A stretch of 64,000 nucleotides of DNA from the IMG/VR virus record IMGVR_UViG_3300045988_177034, one strand, 5' to 3'. The position numbers were made by a program, and so were the translations under genes. This document shows, in pieces, positions 34,352 to 44,308 of this stretch. The notes beneath the pieces are model-generated. The model saw only the letters and a list, made by a program, of their open reading frames with translations. It had not been told where the DNA came from and made no database searches. This DNA is from a virus. Position 1 is the stretch's first letter; every line of letters begins with the position of its first letter.

Positions 34352-34903
34352 TCAATTTTCGTTTGAATCTTCATCGAAGCTTGTGCTGACCCGTTCCTCT
34401 TTCGGAATGTACTTGGGTGTGGGTTTACAGCGACATTTAAGTACATACTCACTGTCTCCAAATGCAAGCTCCATCAATGCTAACGGGTAGGCAAAAAATA
34501 GTTTCTTAGCAAACGCTTCATCTTTATCAAATGCTCTGGCAAGCTTCTTGTAAAAAAACCAGCAATAAATCGCCAATGCAATGGTACAGACTACATAATC
34601 GCAATCCAAAATCGTAAAGCGTGGATGTTGAACTCTATCCATAAAGAACGCAATCCAAAAGAACGATGGAATGCATGGGGCAATAGAACCGACACCGTAT
34701 ACTATGGGATATACACCGTAAGAGCCGTATGCGAAAATTAACGGCGATGCGCCTTTCTTGTACGCTTTATAAGACATTTTCATAACGCATACAAAAACAG
34801 TTATGAGCACGGCGTAAATCGGGAGCATGGCAATAACATGGAAAATACCGAGCTCTCTTGTAAAGGTGTACAAAAGTGTGCTTAAAAATAAAATAACTGG
34901 CAT
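34352..34903 (-). CDS. polytopic membrane protein (183 aa)
   Basis: GAGGAGG ribosome-binding site; 5-6 hydrophobic helices. Confidence 0.6.
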   Translation of the reverse strand: MPVILFLSTLLYTFTRELGIFHVIAMLPIYAVLITVFVCVMKMSYKAYKKGASPLIFAYGSYGVYPIVYGVGSIAPCIPSFFWIAFFMDRVQHPRFTILDCDYVVCTIALAIYCWFFYKKLARAFDKDEAFAKKLFFAYPLALMELAFGDSEYVLKCRCKPTPKYIPKEERVSTSFDEDSNEN

Positions 34904-34925
34904 TCTTATTCCTCCTCTTTTTTAT

Positions 34926-34954
34926 ATTATACCACATTTTGTTTTAATGGTCAA
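34926..34954 (-). promoter_or_regulatory. family-2 conserved promoter: TTGACC - 17 nt - TATAAT
   Basis: minus-strand read agTTGACCattaaaacaaaatgtggTATAATataaaaaagAGGAGG. Confidence 0.6.
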
Positions 34955-34965
34955 CTTGTATAATA

Positions 34966-35001
34966 CAAAAAAGATAGCCACCCATTTCTGAGCGGCTATC
35001 T
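34966..35001 (-). terminator. intrinsic terminator (AGATAGCCGCTC-agaaatgggt-GGCTATCT plus T6) after the lipoprotein gene
   Basis: hairpin followed by TTTTTTG on the minus strand. Confidence 0.6.
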
Positions 35002-35151
35002 GAAGATTTGAGGTTCGCATTCAGTGCCTAAACACTGTTTTGCTTCCCTGATGACTGGTTTTATCGTTGCTCGCCAACCGCAGGTCTATACATCCTGCAT
35101 CGCACTTTGAGAAAATAATCGAGTTTATGTGCCAGCCTCACAAGGCGTCTT

Positions 35152-35811
35152 TTAGCCTACTGCAGTTTCGTCAGCAGGGGCCTCGGACTCAGCAGCAGAA
35201 TCAGCCTCGGCAGTATCCTCAGAGGAAGCCTCCTCAGTGGATTCGGCGGCATCGCCATCAGTCTCGGCGCTTTCAGCCTCGCTGTCGGAAGCCTCACTGT
35301 CAGCAGCTTCAGATTCAGCAGTGCTCTCAGCCTCGGATGCGGCCGCTTCCTCAGCAGGCACGGAGGTAGCCACCAGCAGATTGCCCTCGGCATCAGCCTG
35401 ACCACAGTTGTACAGATATGCGAACGCGGCGCTCAGATTGTCGAACTTGGACAGGTCAGGAACCTCAACAGTAGAACCGTCATCAGCGGTCTTGGTACCG
35501 TCGAAATGAACGCTGCCATCCTCGTCATAGCGAACGGTGACGGTATAGCCATCGCTTGCCAGAGCCTCGGTCATATAAGCGGCATAAGCGTTCATGGTGG
35601 TCTTCATCTGGTCCTCACTCAGAGAAACACCATCGGGCATCTCAGTCAGCTTGCTGTTATCCAGAACCTCAACTGCGGACTCACTGGTCGCGCCGCTTGC
35701 ACTGGCAGCATCATCCTTCTTGCCACAACCAACAAATGCAGTGCAGGCCATTGCCATAGCAAGACACAGCGCAGCACCCTTCTTTACAGAACTCTTGTTA
35801 ACCTTCTGCAT
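35152..35811 (-). CDS. lipoprotein with acidic Ser/Glu/Ala-rich C-terminus (219 aa; start MQKVNKSS)
   Basis: AAGGAG ribosome-binding site 9 nt upstream of ATG 35811; lipobox LAMAMACTAFVGC. Confidence 0.65.
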   Translation of the reverse strand: MQKVNKSSVKKGAALCLAMAMACTAFVGCGKKDDAASASGATSESAVEVLDNSKLTEMPDGVSLSEDQMKTTMNAYAAYMTEALASDGYTVTVRYDEDGSVHFDGTKTADDGSTVEVPDLSKFDNLSAAFAYLYNCGQADAEGNLLVATSVPAEEAAASEAESTAESEAADSEASDSEAESAETDGDAAESTEEASSEDTAEADSAAESEAPADETAVG

Positions 35812-35878
35812 GAGTAACTTCTCCTTTTTCATGTGTGTTTGTTTGATGTGCATAAACAAGCTTCATGCACTATGCTTA

Positions 35879-35907
35879 TATTATACCACCAAAAACATAA
35901 ATAGTCA
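35879..35907 (-). promoter_or_regulatory. family-2 conserved promoter: TTGACT - 17 nt - TATAAT
   Basis: minus-strand read tgTTGACTatttatgtttttggtggTATAATataagc. Confidence 0.6.
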
Positions 35908-35987
35908 ACAAAGAATAGCGCCCCACAGATTTACCTGCGGAGCGCTATATGTTATCTCTTACGCGGAGTAGAGATTATTTCAGTTGG

Positions 35988-38900
35988 TTACTGCTTCTTT
36001 TCCTCGGTTTTATCTTCGGTCTTTTCAGCAGCTTTTTCTTCGCTATCGCCCTTCTTCTTCTTAACGATGACAAATGCGCCAACGCCAATCAGAGCAACAA
36101 CAACGATAACAGGAACGATGATGTCTGCGCCAAAACCAACGCCAGTCTTGTAGTTAACTACAACAGGTGCCGGAGTGGGAGCAGGTTCATTCTTGACTAC
36201 AGGAGTCGGAGTCGGTCTGCTTTCTTCCGGAGGATTCTCCAGCTTAACGCTTGCTACCCGGACATCGCCGTAGTTGCCTGCCTTATCAACTGTACGGGTC
36301 ACAATGTAACCAGTCCAATCGGGGCTCAGCTTGAAGGTAACGTAACCGTTGTCCTTATCAATGTTTGTAACATTGACAGTCTCGAACTTGGTTTCGTCGA
36401 AGGTGTAATCGCCATCAGCACTCTTGGCAATAGCAGAACCATTGACCTTGTAATACTGAATCTTAGCGACACCGGAGTTGTATTCGCCATCAAGAGCGGA
36501 GATAGCAGGAACGGAATCCTTGACCTTTACAACAGGCACGAAGTCGGGGTCTTCGGTATCATCCTTGCCACCGTTTTCGTCGGGAGTAGCAACGACATCG
36601 TTACCGTTTTCATCACCGGTCTCGTCGCCGGTTGTGAAGAGAGCGGGCTTACCATGAGCAATACGAAGCGTAGTGGCTTCGGTCTTGTCATCGGTTGTTT
36701 CGGTCTTCTCGGACTCGCTGGGAACTTTCTCCTCGGTACCGGATTCGGTTTCATCCTTCTTGTCGGAATCTTCCTTCTTATCGGTATCGTCCTTCTTGTC
36801 GTCTTCCTTCTCAGGTGCCTTGCCGGTCTCTTCACCAGTAATGAACACATTGATGGTGCTCTCGAACTTGACGAACTTCTCGTTCAGCAAATCGGTCTTA
36901 TTGGTGGAATCAACCTTATCGGCAGCGAAAGCAGAAGCAACGACAGGAGCTTCGGTATCAACAGATGTGGTGATAGTTCCCATCTCGGTAATGGCACCTG
37001 TCTTCAGGTCAATCAGGTAATAGGTAGAAGTAACCTTCTCACTATTAGCGGAAATGACCATCTTCTCGGCCCACTCAGCATCGGTCAGGGAATCGCTGGT
37101 TCCGATTGCGTAACCCTTAGGAGCGATAACTTCAACCTTAGAGTTGAAGTACAGGCCACTCAGGTCATCAGTCGTCTTCTTGGTAACCTCAACAGGCTTA
37201 CCGGTCTTTTCGTCAGCCACAGTACCAACGATAGTTGCGGGCTCTACATCGGCAAGATGCAGACGCTGAACTTCGAGGTCTCCGGTGGTAGGCAGGTAAT
37301 TGTAGTTGTCGTAAGCGCCGCCAACATACTTGAAAGCGTCCTTCGTCAAGCCAACATTACCGAAGATACCATCGATGCTGGAAGCAACAATGAGTTCGAA
37401 GGAAGGCAGCTTAACGGTTTCAGCAGTCTCGTCGAAAGCGTAACCACTGGTCTTGATTTCGGGAATTTCCGTCTTGGTGCCATACAGCTTGACGACGGGG
37501 TTCGGGTCGAGAGTAACCGTCAGGTCTTTGCGAGCGATAACGAACTGACCATCGGCTTGGTTCTTATCGGCATCAACGACATTGATTGTTACTGCGTAAT
37601 TCTGCTCAACAGCAGCATCGTAATCAGAGGTAACGGTGTAGGTGTAAGTACCAGCGTTCTTGACATTCTCAGTCTTGAACTGGCTGTCGCTCTCCACGCC
37701 GTCATCGCCGCTTGCGATGTCAGGAGTCAGAGTCGCCTTTGCATCAGCAGTCAAGGGAGCAGTCTGTGCATTGTCGGTGGTCTTGTCATTCTCGAAAGGA
37801 GTATAAACAAGTGCCATCTTCAGGCCCAGAGAATCAGGTTTGACAGCTGCACCGTGTGTACCGTCGCCATTGGTGGCAACAGCATTTACGGTGAAGTCGG
37901 GGTTAGTGGTATCGCCATAGACGATATCCTTGGGCTCGGTGACAGTGACTTCGACCAGACGTTCGCCAATGGTATAAACGCCATTAACAATCGTAATCAG
38001 GTAATCGTCATTGTCGTAAGAACCGACCATGTCGTATGCACCGTAATTCTTGACAGATTCGGGCACGCTCTCCGCAACCAGAGAAGCAGCACCGTCAGCA
38101 GACTTCATGGAAATCTCTTCGGCAACCGCATTCTCAACATCCTTCTGAGTGATGCTGATAATAGCTTTCAGGTCATCGCCATTTACGATGGTCTTCTTAT
38201 CGGCATCGCCAGTATAGGTAAGAGTATTGCTCAGTTCAGCCATTTTATTGCCGTAGACAGAACCAACAGTGCCGATGGTCCAAGTCAGAGGACGCTGAGT
38301 GACCGTGTAAGTGCCGTTCATAGCAGTTACCAGATAATCCTGATAAGAAGCCTGACCGACGCGGTGAGCCAGACCGGAGAAGGAAGGAACAATGTCATAG
38401 CCTCCGACATGGCTTGCAGAAGTGACGAGGCACAGGTTCGTGCCTTCCAGAATATCACCATTGACCAGAGCTGCTTTGGCAGTGTCACCAGTGTATTCCA
38501 GAACGTTCACGGTACCGTAATCAGACCAATCTTCAACAGCAACATCGTCGCCATAGATAGAAGTCTGGGGTTTAGCGGTGACAGTGATGGGACGCTTGTC
38601 GATAACAAAATCAACGGGAGCGTAAACAAAGGTGTAGTTGTTTGCTGCGGCATTCTCAACATTTGCAGGAACGACCTTGCCGGTACCAGCGTGAGAAGCT
38701 ACCGTTGCGGGAGCTCCCTCAGCATCGGTAAAGTTGAAGGTCAGGTTTGCAATGCCCAGGACACCAGCATCATCGGGAGTGGTGTTGCCCTTGACGGGTT
38801 TCACAACGAATCCATCGAAAATCAGGTCGTCGCCGGAGAGAACAGGGTTCTCATCGCCGTAAATCTTGCTCTGAGCTGCCAGAGTGACATTCAGAGTAGC

Positions 38901-41900
38901 AGGAGTGATTTCGAAGGTGTTGTTTACGCGGGTGATGTTGAAGTTGACATCGTCGCCCTCGATAATCATCGGGTGCTTGCCGACATCCTCACCAGCATCG
39001 GTGCCAGCGTCAGGACGAACAACCTTCAGGTTTGCAAGGTCACCTGCATCTTCGCTTACATAGTAAGCGCCGTCGCCAGTTGCAGTCCAAGTCAGTTCGG
39101 GGTCAGCCTCGCCGTAGACCTTCTTCTGGCCTTCGTCAACAACCACGATTACATCGCGCTTATCGACATGCAGAGAACCATCAACAAAGACGATGGGGTC
39201 ATAGTTCTTTGCGCCCTTGTTTTCCAGACCGCTCATGGTGATGACATAATCGCCAGCAGCAGGACGAGCAGGAATCTCGGACAGAGAACCGTCAGCATTC
39301 TTGATGTTGTAGACAACCGAGCCAGTGAATGCGGAAGCAACGGTGTCATTGTTCTTCAGGCCAGTAACGGTGTAGCTGAACGTGGGAACGGTGCCGCCAT
39401 AAATCATGGAGTAACCGCCAGCCACGGTAAAGGTGACCTTAACGGGCTTGATGGTCAGAGTAGCAACTTCCATAGCTTCGGGCTCGGTGGTGGAAGAACC
39501 AACGTCGACGGAAGTGCCGGAGCCAGTCACGATGGTGATGGTGTAGTTACCGTACTTGTTGTACAGAGTAGAGCTGATGGGGTATTCACCGACATCCTCA
39601 CCGGCTTTGCGAGTAACAGAGCCGCTCAGAGCACCAGTAGTCAGTTCCAGCGTATTCTTCTTCAGACCATCGTTGGAAATGTTGCCGGAAATCTCGCTGT
39701 AAGAGAATGCGGGGTCTGCATCGCCGTAATCCTTCTCGTAGTTGGAGAAAGTCAGGGTGATGGGACGAGGAGTGATGGTGAGGGTAGAATCAATCACCGT
39801 CAGGTCGTAGTTGGCAGGCTGTGCGTAGATAGCTTTCAGAGCATAAGTGCCAACGCTTGCGGAAGCAGAAGTTGCACCGGAAGTCAGGGTAATGCCCTTA
39901 AGAATCTTTTCGGCTTCTGCTGCCTGAACATCAGTAGTAGTCAGCAGACCAGTGCCGCCCTTGATGTAATCCTTCACGTTCATAGAAGTGAGGGTCTCAC
40001 CATAGGTCTTTTCGGTTTCGAGCAGGTTGATAACGGCAGTACGCTTATTGATGGTGAAGCGAACATCATTGGTGAAGCTGATACGATAGTTCTTTGCCAT
40101 CGTCTGCTCATAGATGTTACCGCTGTAAATCGGATAAGTGCCAGCGTTCTCGCCTGCTTCACGGCTCAGACGAGCCTGTGCGAAGTCGGCCTTGGGTTCT
40201 GCGAAGCTGGTGGTGTTGTAGTCGAAGATGACATAAGTATCATTGACTGCAAAGCTGGGGTCAGTCTCGCCGTAAGTCTTGGACAGGCCATAGCGAGGAG
40301 TGATGGTCAGGGGCATCTGATGAACAATCAGCATGTTCTTGCCATCGGGCTCAGACAGCTTAACGCTGTTTGCAGGCTGGTTATCCAGACGGAAGGTCAG
40401 GTTGTAAGAACCTGCATCGTACAGACCAGAAGCGTTCGCAGTAGCCTCAACGGCGATACGAACAACGCCCAGAGAAACATCCTTGCCGTCCATCTTGATG
40501 TTGACGGTTTCGCCATCGTGGTAAATCTGAGTGCCATCGGAGGTGTTCACATTGACGGAAACTTCCTTGGCGATGGTATCGGGCTTCTTCTCGCCGTAGG
40601 TAGTCTGCAGAGCGTTGAAGGTGACAGAGACATCAGCCTCGGTGACTTGGAACGTGGCCTGCGGAGCAATCGTTACGATGTAGTTGGGGTTCTCATCATA
40701 GGAGATGGTAGCCTCATAGTTGCCAACAACCGTGGTGGGGTCTTCCCACTTGGTCAGGTCGATGTGGATGTTCAGCGGGCTGCCCTGCGGGTCAACCACA
40801 TTGATAGCCTGAGAACCGGTCTCGTCATACAGCGCATAGCTGGGGGTGTTCTTACCGGCAACGCCGTACTTACGGACGCTGTTGGTAGTACCCTTGATGG
40901 TGACAGGCAGTGCATTGATAGTCAGTGTACCGCTTGTACCATCGCTGTAAGTACCGGTATAAACGATGTTGTAGTTGGGGTTGGTGTAACCGGAAACAAC
41001 GATAGGATAGGTACCGACACCAGTCAGCTTACCAACGGTATTATCAACGCCATACTTGATGGTGACAGTGCCGCCAAGAGAAGCGACGGTATCATGGATG
41101 CCGATTTCATCGTTGCTTGCAAAGTTCTTGTATTCCAGTGCGCCGGTAATGTCGGCATCGCTGGGATTTTCAGAACCATACAGACGCTCACGGTTCGGAA
41201 CGGTGATAGTCAGAGTACGCTTGGTGATAGTGTACTTATCGGGAGCATTGAAGGTGATGTCGTAGTTCTTGGCGATTTCAGCAGTCTGGAACTGTGCATC
41301 GCTGTAAGCGTAAGAACCAACGGTCTCGCCGACCTCACGGGTCACAACGCAGCCAGCAAAGTCGGAACCAACACGGCCGCCCTTGCCATTGACGGGGTCA
41401 AGAGTAAAGGCAACGCCGCCCTTGGCATCACTGTCGCCGTAAACCTTCGTTTGACCACCCATCACATTGATGGCGATAGGACGCTTGGTGACGGTCAGCT
41501 TGCTGTTGACAAAACGAACCAGATAGTTGTCGTAACGGTCGTAGTTCTTGCCATCGGCATTGGGGTCCCAGTCAGAAGACCAACGCTCCTGAGAAGCACC
41601 CTGCACAGATGCGCTGACGGTGTATTCGCCAACATTGGCAGTTGTAGGAGTGCCGCTGTTGCCAGCCGCATCCACCATGGTAAAGCCAAGCTTATCCTCG
41701 GTCAAACCGATGCTTGCCTGTGTATCGTTCAGCTTGAAACCTTCGATGGATTTAATCTTGCCGGAACGAGCAGCGCCATACATTGCGGACAGGTCATCGA
41801 GAGTGACAGTCAGCATTGCAGGATGGATGATGTACTTGCTGTTGATGACCTTAACGTCATAGTAAGCAGTGCATGCAGGGGGAACTTCGACAGTCATCGG

Positions 41901-43931
41901 ATATTCGCCAACATTCTTATTGTCGATATCCTGACGCTGTGTTGTCAGAACCATGCTGACCAGCTTGTTCACACCGTCATCAGCGGTGATGTCGGAACCG
42001 GCGACAATACGCTTATCGGAGGCCACTGCCTGAGCAGCACCGTTATAAGCAACAGCGTCGAAGGTAATGGTGGAAGACTTGCCCTTTTCAGCCTCACCAT
42101 AGATGGCATCAATCTGGTCGTTGGTGATGGTTACGTTACGCTTGGTAATTTCAAACGTTGCGGTAGCAAGGTTGATGTTATAACCATTGATAGGCGCATT
42201 CGTCTGGATATTGCCGATTGTAACAGTGTAGCCACCGGGAGCAGAGGTAATGCTGGGCAGAACAACGGTGGGTTCACCGCTCAGACCAAGCATCTCTTTC
42301 AGAGCAACTGCGTTGGACTTGTGCTCGTTGTTGGTCTTATACTCGAAATTCGTCTTATCGGTATCAGACCAGCCGGTAATCACGAAGTCAACCTGAGGAT
42401 TCTGCTGACCATACTGACGAGTGGCTTTGCTGCCGGTCGTCTGTACGCCATCATTGCCCTTGAAGACAAATACAGGAGTCAGGGTCAGAGTCTTTTCAGA
42501 AACGACAACATACACATCGCCGGTATTGGGCTGAATGTCGATGTTGTAGTTCGTGTTGCTCTTCGCGGAGGAACCTAAGATGATTTTGTAAGAACCGGTA
42601 GTGTCCTTATCAAAGTTCTCTGTGGTCAGAACATCCGCAGGAAGCAGGTCGCCGTCAACCAGACCACCATTGGTGTCCATGACTGTGTAGTTAATCTGGC
42701 TGATGGTATTGCCCTTCGTAACATAAGTAGTATGAGGGACAATGTAAATCTGACGCTTGTTGATAGTCACGCCCGTGTCATTGCGGATATTCTTAGAAGA
42801 ATCCAAGTTGGAACCGTCAATGATGGTGTAATTCAGACCATTCACAGTAACGCTTGTGGCACCTGTATCAACATAAGTCGGATAAGTACCGGCATTGCAA
42901 TGAATGTCTGTGGGATTCTGGCCGTCGCCGTCAGCCGGAGCATACATGATGAAGCTCAGACCGTCGATAGCTGCCTGAATATCCTTTTCGACTTCCTGAG
43001 AAGTACGGGAATCAGCAGTGCTGTATTCGATGGTCAGACCCTTAGACTTGAAGGAGTCACCGTAGGTGTAGGTAACAGTCTGAGGCAGAATGCGAATAAC
43101 ATTCTCCTGACCGCTAATCTTGGTATACTGAATACCAGTGCCTGCGGCAATCTGCTTACCAGTCTCAGCAGCGGTAATTGCCTGATAGTCCCCGATGACA
43201 GTCGTAGAACCGCCGCCATCAAACGCGCTGGCACCGCTGTTGTCTACGGGGTTTTCCTGACGGTCGCAAACCTGCAGATACAGGTCAGACATATCAAGGT
43301 ATGCATTCATGACGGGCTCGGCGACCTGCTCATCCTCGCTCAGAGAATAATACATGTCCTCAATGGGTTCCCAGTCATAAACTGCATCCAGTTCCTCAGT
43401 GCGACGCGTGACCATCGCATCAAGAACCGCATTTTCCTTGTCAGCCTGCCATGCCTTGCTTGCAAGACCGAAGTTGTTTGCAGCAGTCAGAATTTCATCT
43501 TTACGGCTTACAAGGGCGTTAGCCGCATCGATAAATGCCTGTGCTGCTTCACTGATGCTGCCAGTGGTAGAAGCTTCGCTGGAAGTGCTGGTGCTTGCAC
43601 CAGTATCAGAGGCAGCACTGTTTGCGTAGGCAGTGGTCGTTTCAGACCCCGCCTGACTTGTAGCCTCAGAAGAAACATCGCTCGTCACAGAAGTGTCGCT
43701 GGACGCGGAACTTGCTGTGTCGGTAACATCGCTTTTCGGCGCGGGAGTAGTAGCGGAAGAGTCGGAGTTTGTTGTCGTAGTGCTGAGTGCATCAGTTTCC
43801 TTCGGAGCTTCTTCACTCTGCGTGATTCCACTCGCGCTCTCTACTGCATAAGCAGTGACAGGAGCAAACTGAGACAGGCACATTGCTACGGCGACAATCG
43901 CACTCAAAAACCGCTTACGAGGTTTCTGCAT
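35988..43931 (-). CDS. giant cell-surface adhesin 1 (2647 aa): signal peptide, many MBG (YGD/E-type) repeats, Pro/Thr linker, C-terminal transmembrane anchor
   Basis: AGGAGGG ribosome-binding site 8 nt upstream of ATG 43931; signal peptide ending AYA; dozens of K(V/T)YG(D/E)xDP...T motifs; C-terminal VVNYKTGVGFG plus hydrophobic helix plus KKKK tail. Confidence 0.9.
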   Translation of the reverse strand: MQKPRKRFLSAIVAVAMCLSQFAPVTAYAVESASGITQSEEAPKETDALSTTTTNSDSSATTPAPKSDVTDTASSASSDTSVTSDVSSEATSQAGSETTTAYANSAASDTGASTSTSSEASTTGSISEAAQAFIDAANALVSRKDEILTAANNFGLASKAWQADKENAVLDAMVTRRTEELDAVYDWEPIEDMYYSLSEDEQVAEPVMNAYLDMSDLYLQVCDRQENPVDNSGASAFDGGGSTTVIGDYQAITAAETGKQIAAGTGIQYTKISGQENVIRILPQTVTYTYGDSFKSKGLTIEYSTADSRTSQEVEKDIQAAIDGLSFIMYAPADGDGQNPTDIHCNAGTYPTYVDTGATSVTVNGLNYTIIDGSNLDSSKNIRNDTGVTINKRQIYIVPHTTYVTKGNTISQINYTVMDTNGGLVDGDLLPADVLTTENFDKDTTGSYKIILGSSAKSNTNYNIDIQPNTGDVYVVVSEKTLTLTPVFVFKGNDGVQTTGSKATRQYGQQNPQVDFVITGWSDTDKTNFEYKTNNEHKSNAVALKEMLGLSGEPTVVLPSITSAPGGYTVTIGNIQTNAPINGYNINLATATFEITKRNVTITNDQIDAIYGEAEKGKSSTITFDAVAYNGAAQAVASDKRIVAGSDITADDGVNKLVSMVLTTQRQDIDNKNVGEYPMTVEVPPACTAYYDVKVINSKYIIHPAMLTVTLDDLSAMYGAARSGKIKSIEGFKLNDTQASIGLTEDKLGFTMVDAAGNSGTPTTANVGEYTVSASVQGASQERWSSDWDPNADGKNYDRYDNYLVRFVNSKLTVTKRPIAINVMGGQTKVYGDSDAKGGVAFTLDPVNGKGGRVGSDFAGCVVTREVGETVGSYAYSDAQFQTAEIAKNYDITFNAPDKYTITKRTLTITVPNRERLYGSENPSDADITGALEYKNFASNDEIGIHDTVASLGGTVTIKYGVDNTVGKLTGVGTYPIVVSGYTNPNYNIVYTGTYSDGTSGTLTINALPVTIKGTTNSVRKYGVAGKNTPSYALYDETGSQAINVVDPQGSPLNIHIDLTKWEDPTTVVGNYEATISYDENPNYIVTIAPQATFQVTEADVSVTFNALQTTYGEKKPDTIAKEVSVNVNTSDGTQIYHDGETVNIKMDGKDVSLGVVRIAVEATANASGLYDAGSYNLTFRLDNQPANSVKLSEPDGKNMLIVHQMPLTITPRYGLSKTYGETDPSFAVNDTYVIFDYNTTSFAEPKADFAQARLSREAGENAGTYPIYSGNIYEQTMAKNYRISFTNDVRFTINKRTAVINLLETEKTYGETLTSMNVKDYIKGGTGLLTTTDVQAAEAEKILKGITLTSGATSASASVGTYALKAIYAQPANYDLTVIDSTLTITPRPITLTFSNYEKDYGDADPAFSYSEISGNISNDGLKKNTLELTTGALSGSVTRKAGEDVGEYPISSTLYNKYGNYTITIVTGSGTSVDVGSSTTEPEAMEVATLTIKPVKVTFTVAGGYSMIYGGTVPTFSYTVTGLKNNDTVASAFTGSVVYNIKNADGSLSEIPARPAAGDYVITMSGLENKGAKNYDPIVFVDGSLHVDKRDVIVVVDEGQKKVYGEADPELTWTATGDGAYYVSEDAGDLANLKVVRPDAGTDAGEDVGKHPMIIEGDDVNFNITRVNNTFEITPATLNVTLAAQSKIYGDENPVLSGDDLIFDGFVVKPVKGNTTPDDAGVLGIANLTFNFTDAEGAPATVASHAGTGKVVPANVENAAANNYTFVYAPVDFVIDKRPITVTAKPQTSIYGDDVAVEDWSDYGTVNVLEYTGDTAKAALVNGDILEGTNLCLVTSASHVGGYDIVPSFSGLAHRVGQASYQDYLVTAMNGTYTVTQRPLTWTIGTVGSVYGNKMAELSNTLTYTGDADKKTIVNGDDLKAIISITQKDVENAVAEEISMKSADGAASLVAESVPESVKNYGAYDMVGSYDNDDYLITIVNGVYTIGERLVEVTVTEPKDIVYGDTTNPDFTVNAVATNGDGTHGAAVKPDSLGLKMALVYTPFENDKTTDNAQTAPLTADAKATLTPDIASGDDGVESDSQFKTENVKNAGTYTYTVTSDYDAAVEQNYAVTINVVDADKNQADGQFVIARKDLTVTLDPNPVVKLYGTKTEIPEIKTSGYAFDETAETVKLPSFELIVASSIDGIFGNVGLTKDAFKYVGGAYDNYNYLPTTGDLEVQRLHLADVEPATIVGTVADEKTGKPVEVTKKTTDDLSGLYFNSKVEVIAPKGYAIGTSDSLTDAEWAEKMVISANSEKVTSTYYLIDLKTGAITEMGTITTSVDTEAPVVASAFAADKVDSTNKTDLLNEKFVKFESTINVFITGEETGKAPEKEDDKKDDTDKKEDSDKKDETESGTEEKVPSESEKTETTDDKTEATTLRIAHGKPALFTTGDETGDENGNDVVATPDENGGKDDTEDPDFVPVVKVKDSVPAISALDGEYNSGVAKIQYYKVNGSAIAKSADGDYTFDETKFETVNVTNIDKDNGYVTFKLSPDWTGYIVTRTVDKAGNYGDVRVASVKLENPPEESRPTPTPVVKNEPAPTPAPVVVNYKTGVGFGADIIVPVIVVVALIGVGAFVIVKKKKGDSEEKAAEKTEDKTEEKKQ

Positions 43932-44075
43932 GTTAGTTGCCCTCCTAATAATGTGAGTATTCTGTGGTTTTACCACAGCCGGATTTATATACACCCTTAC
44001 CTACTCCCTAGTGTGCAGCCTCGATTGTAGATAAGAAAGTATATCAAAACACAAGCAATCAAATTGCATATTTAC

Positions 44076-44104
44076 AATATGCCACAAAAAGACAGAAAAG
44101 TCAA
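44076..44104 (-). promoter_or_regulatory. weak family-2-like promoter: TTGACT - 17 nt ending TGTGG - CATATT
   Basis: conserved -35 and spacer, degenerate -10. Confidence 0.3.
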
Positions 44105-44248
44105 TCAAAAAATTTGGCACAAAAATGCCACCCATGAACGCATTCTCATATTTCGTATGGACATGGATGGTTGAAACATTAACGCAAAACCTGCTTGACT
44201 ATGGCTATTATTTGTTCTGAGAAATTTGATGCTGTATTTATATCTATT

Positions 44249-44276
44249 ATATTACTTACTTTGCAGCAACGGTCAA
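44249..44276 (-). promoter_or_regulatory. family-1 conserved promoter: TTGACC - 16 nt (GTTGCTGCAAAGTAAG) - TAATAT
   Basis: minus-strand read ttaTTGACCgttgctgcaaagtaagTAATATaatagatATAAATA; upstream of giant adhesin 1. Confidence 0.55.
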
Positions 44277-44308
44277 TAATTATTCTGAAAATTAGAAGCT
44301 TTTTACGC

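Noticed and set aside
33124-34467. Full-length 447-aa version of the surface-protein ORF
   Set aside because: The first 85 codons would read through the terminator at 34305-34336 and the promoter at 34277-34304. The signal peptide begins at the internal Met (34212), so I trimmed the gene to 33124-34212.
35949-42578. 2209-aa plus-strand ORF antisense to giant adhesin 1
   Set aside because: The reverse frame of a long repeat gene rich in Thr/Val/Gly/Asp codons lacks stop codons by chance. The translation is low-complexity nonsense rich in I/V/G/R/N. It has no ribosome-binding site or promoter. The minus-strand protein has a signal peptide, MBG domains and an anchor.
42732-44030. 432-aa plus-strand ORF spanning the start of giant gene 1 and its promoter region
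   Set aside because: Antisense shadow. It runs through the minus-strand ribosome-binding site and promoter and has no ribosome-binding site of its own.
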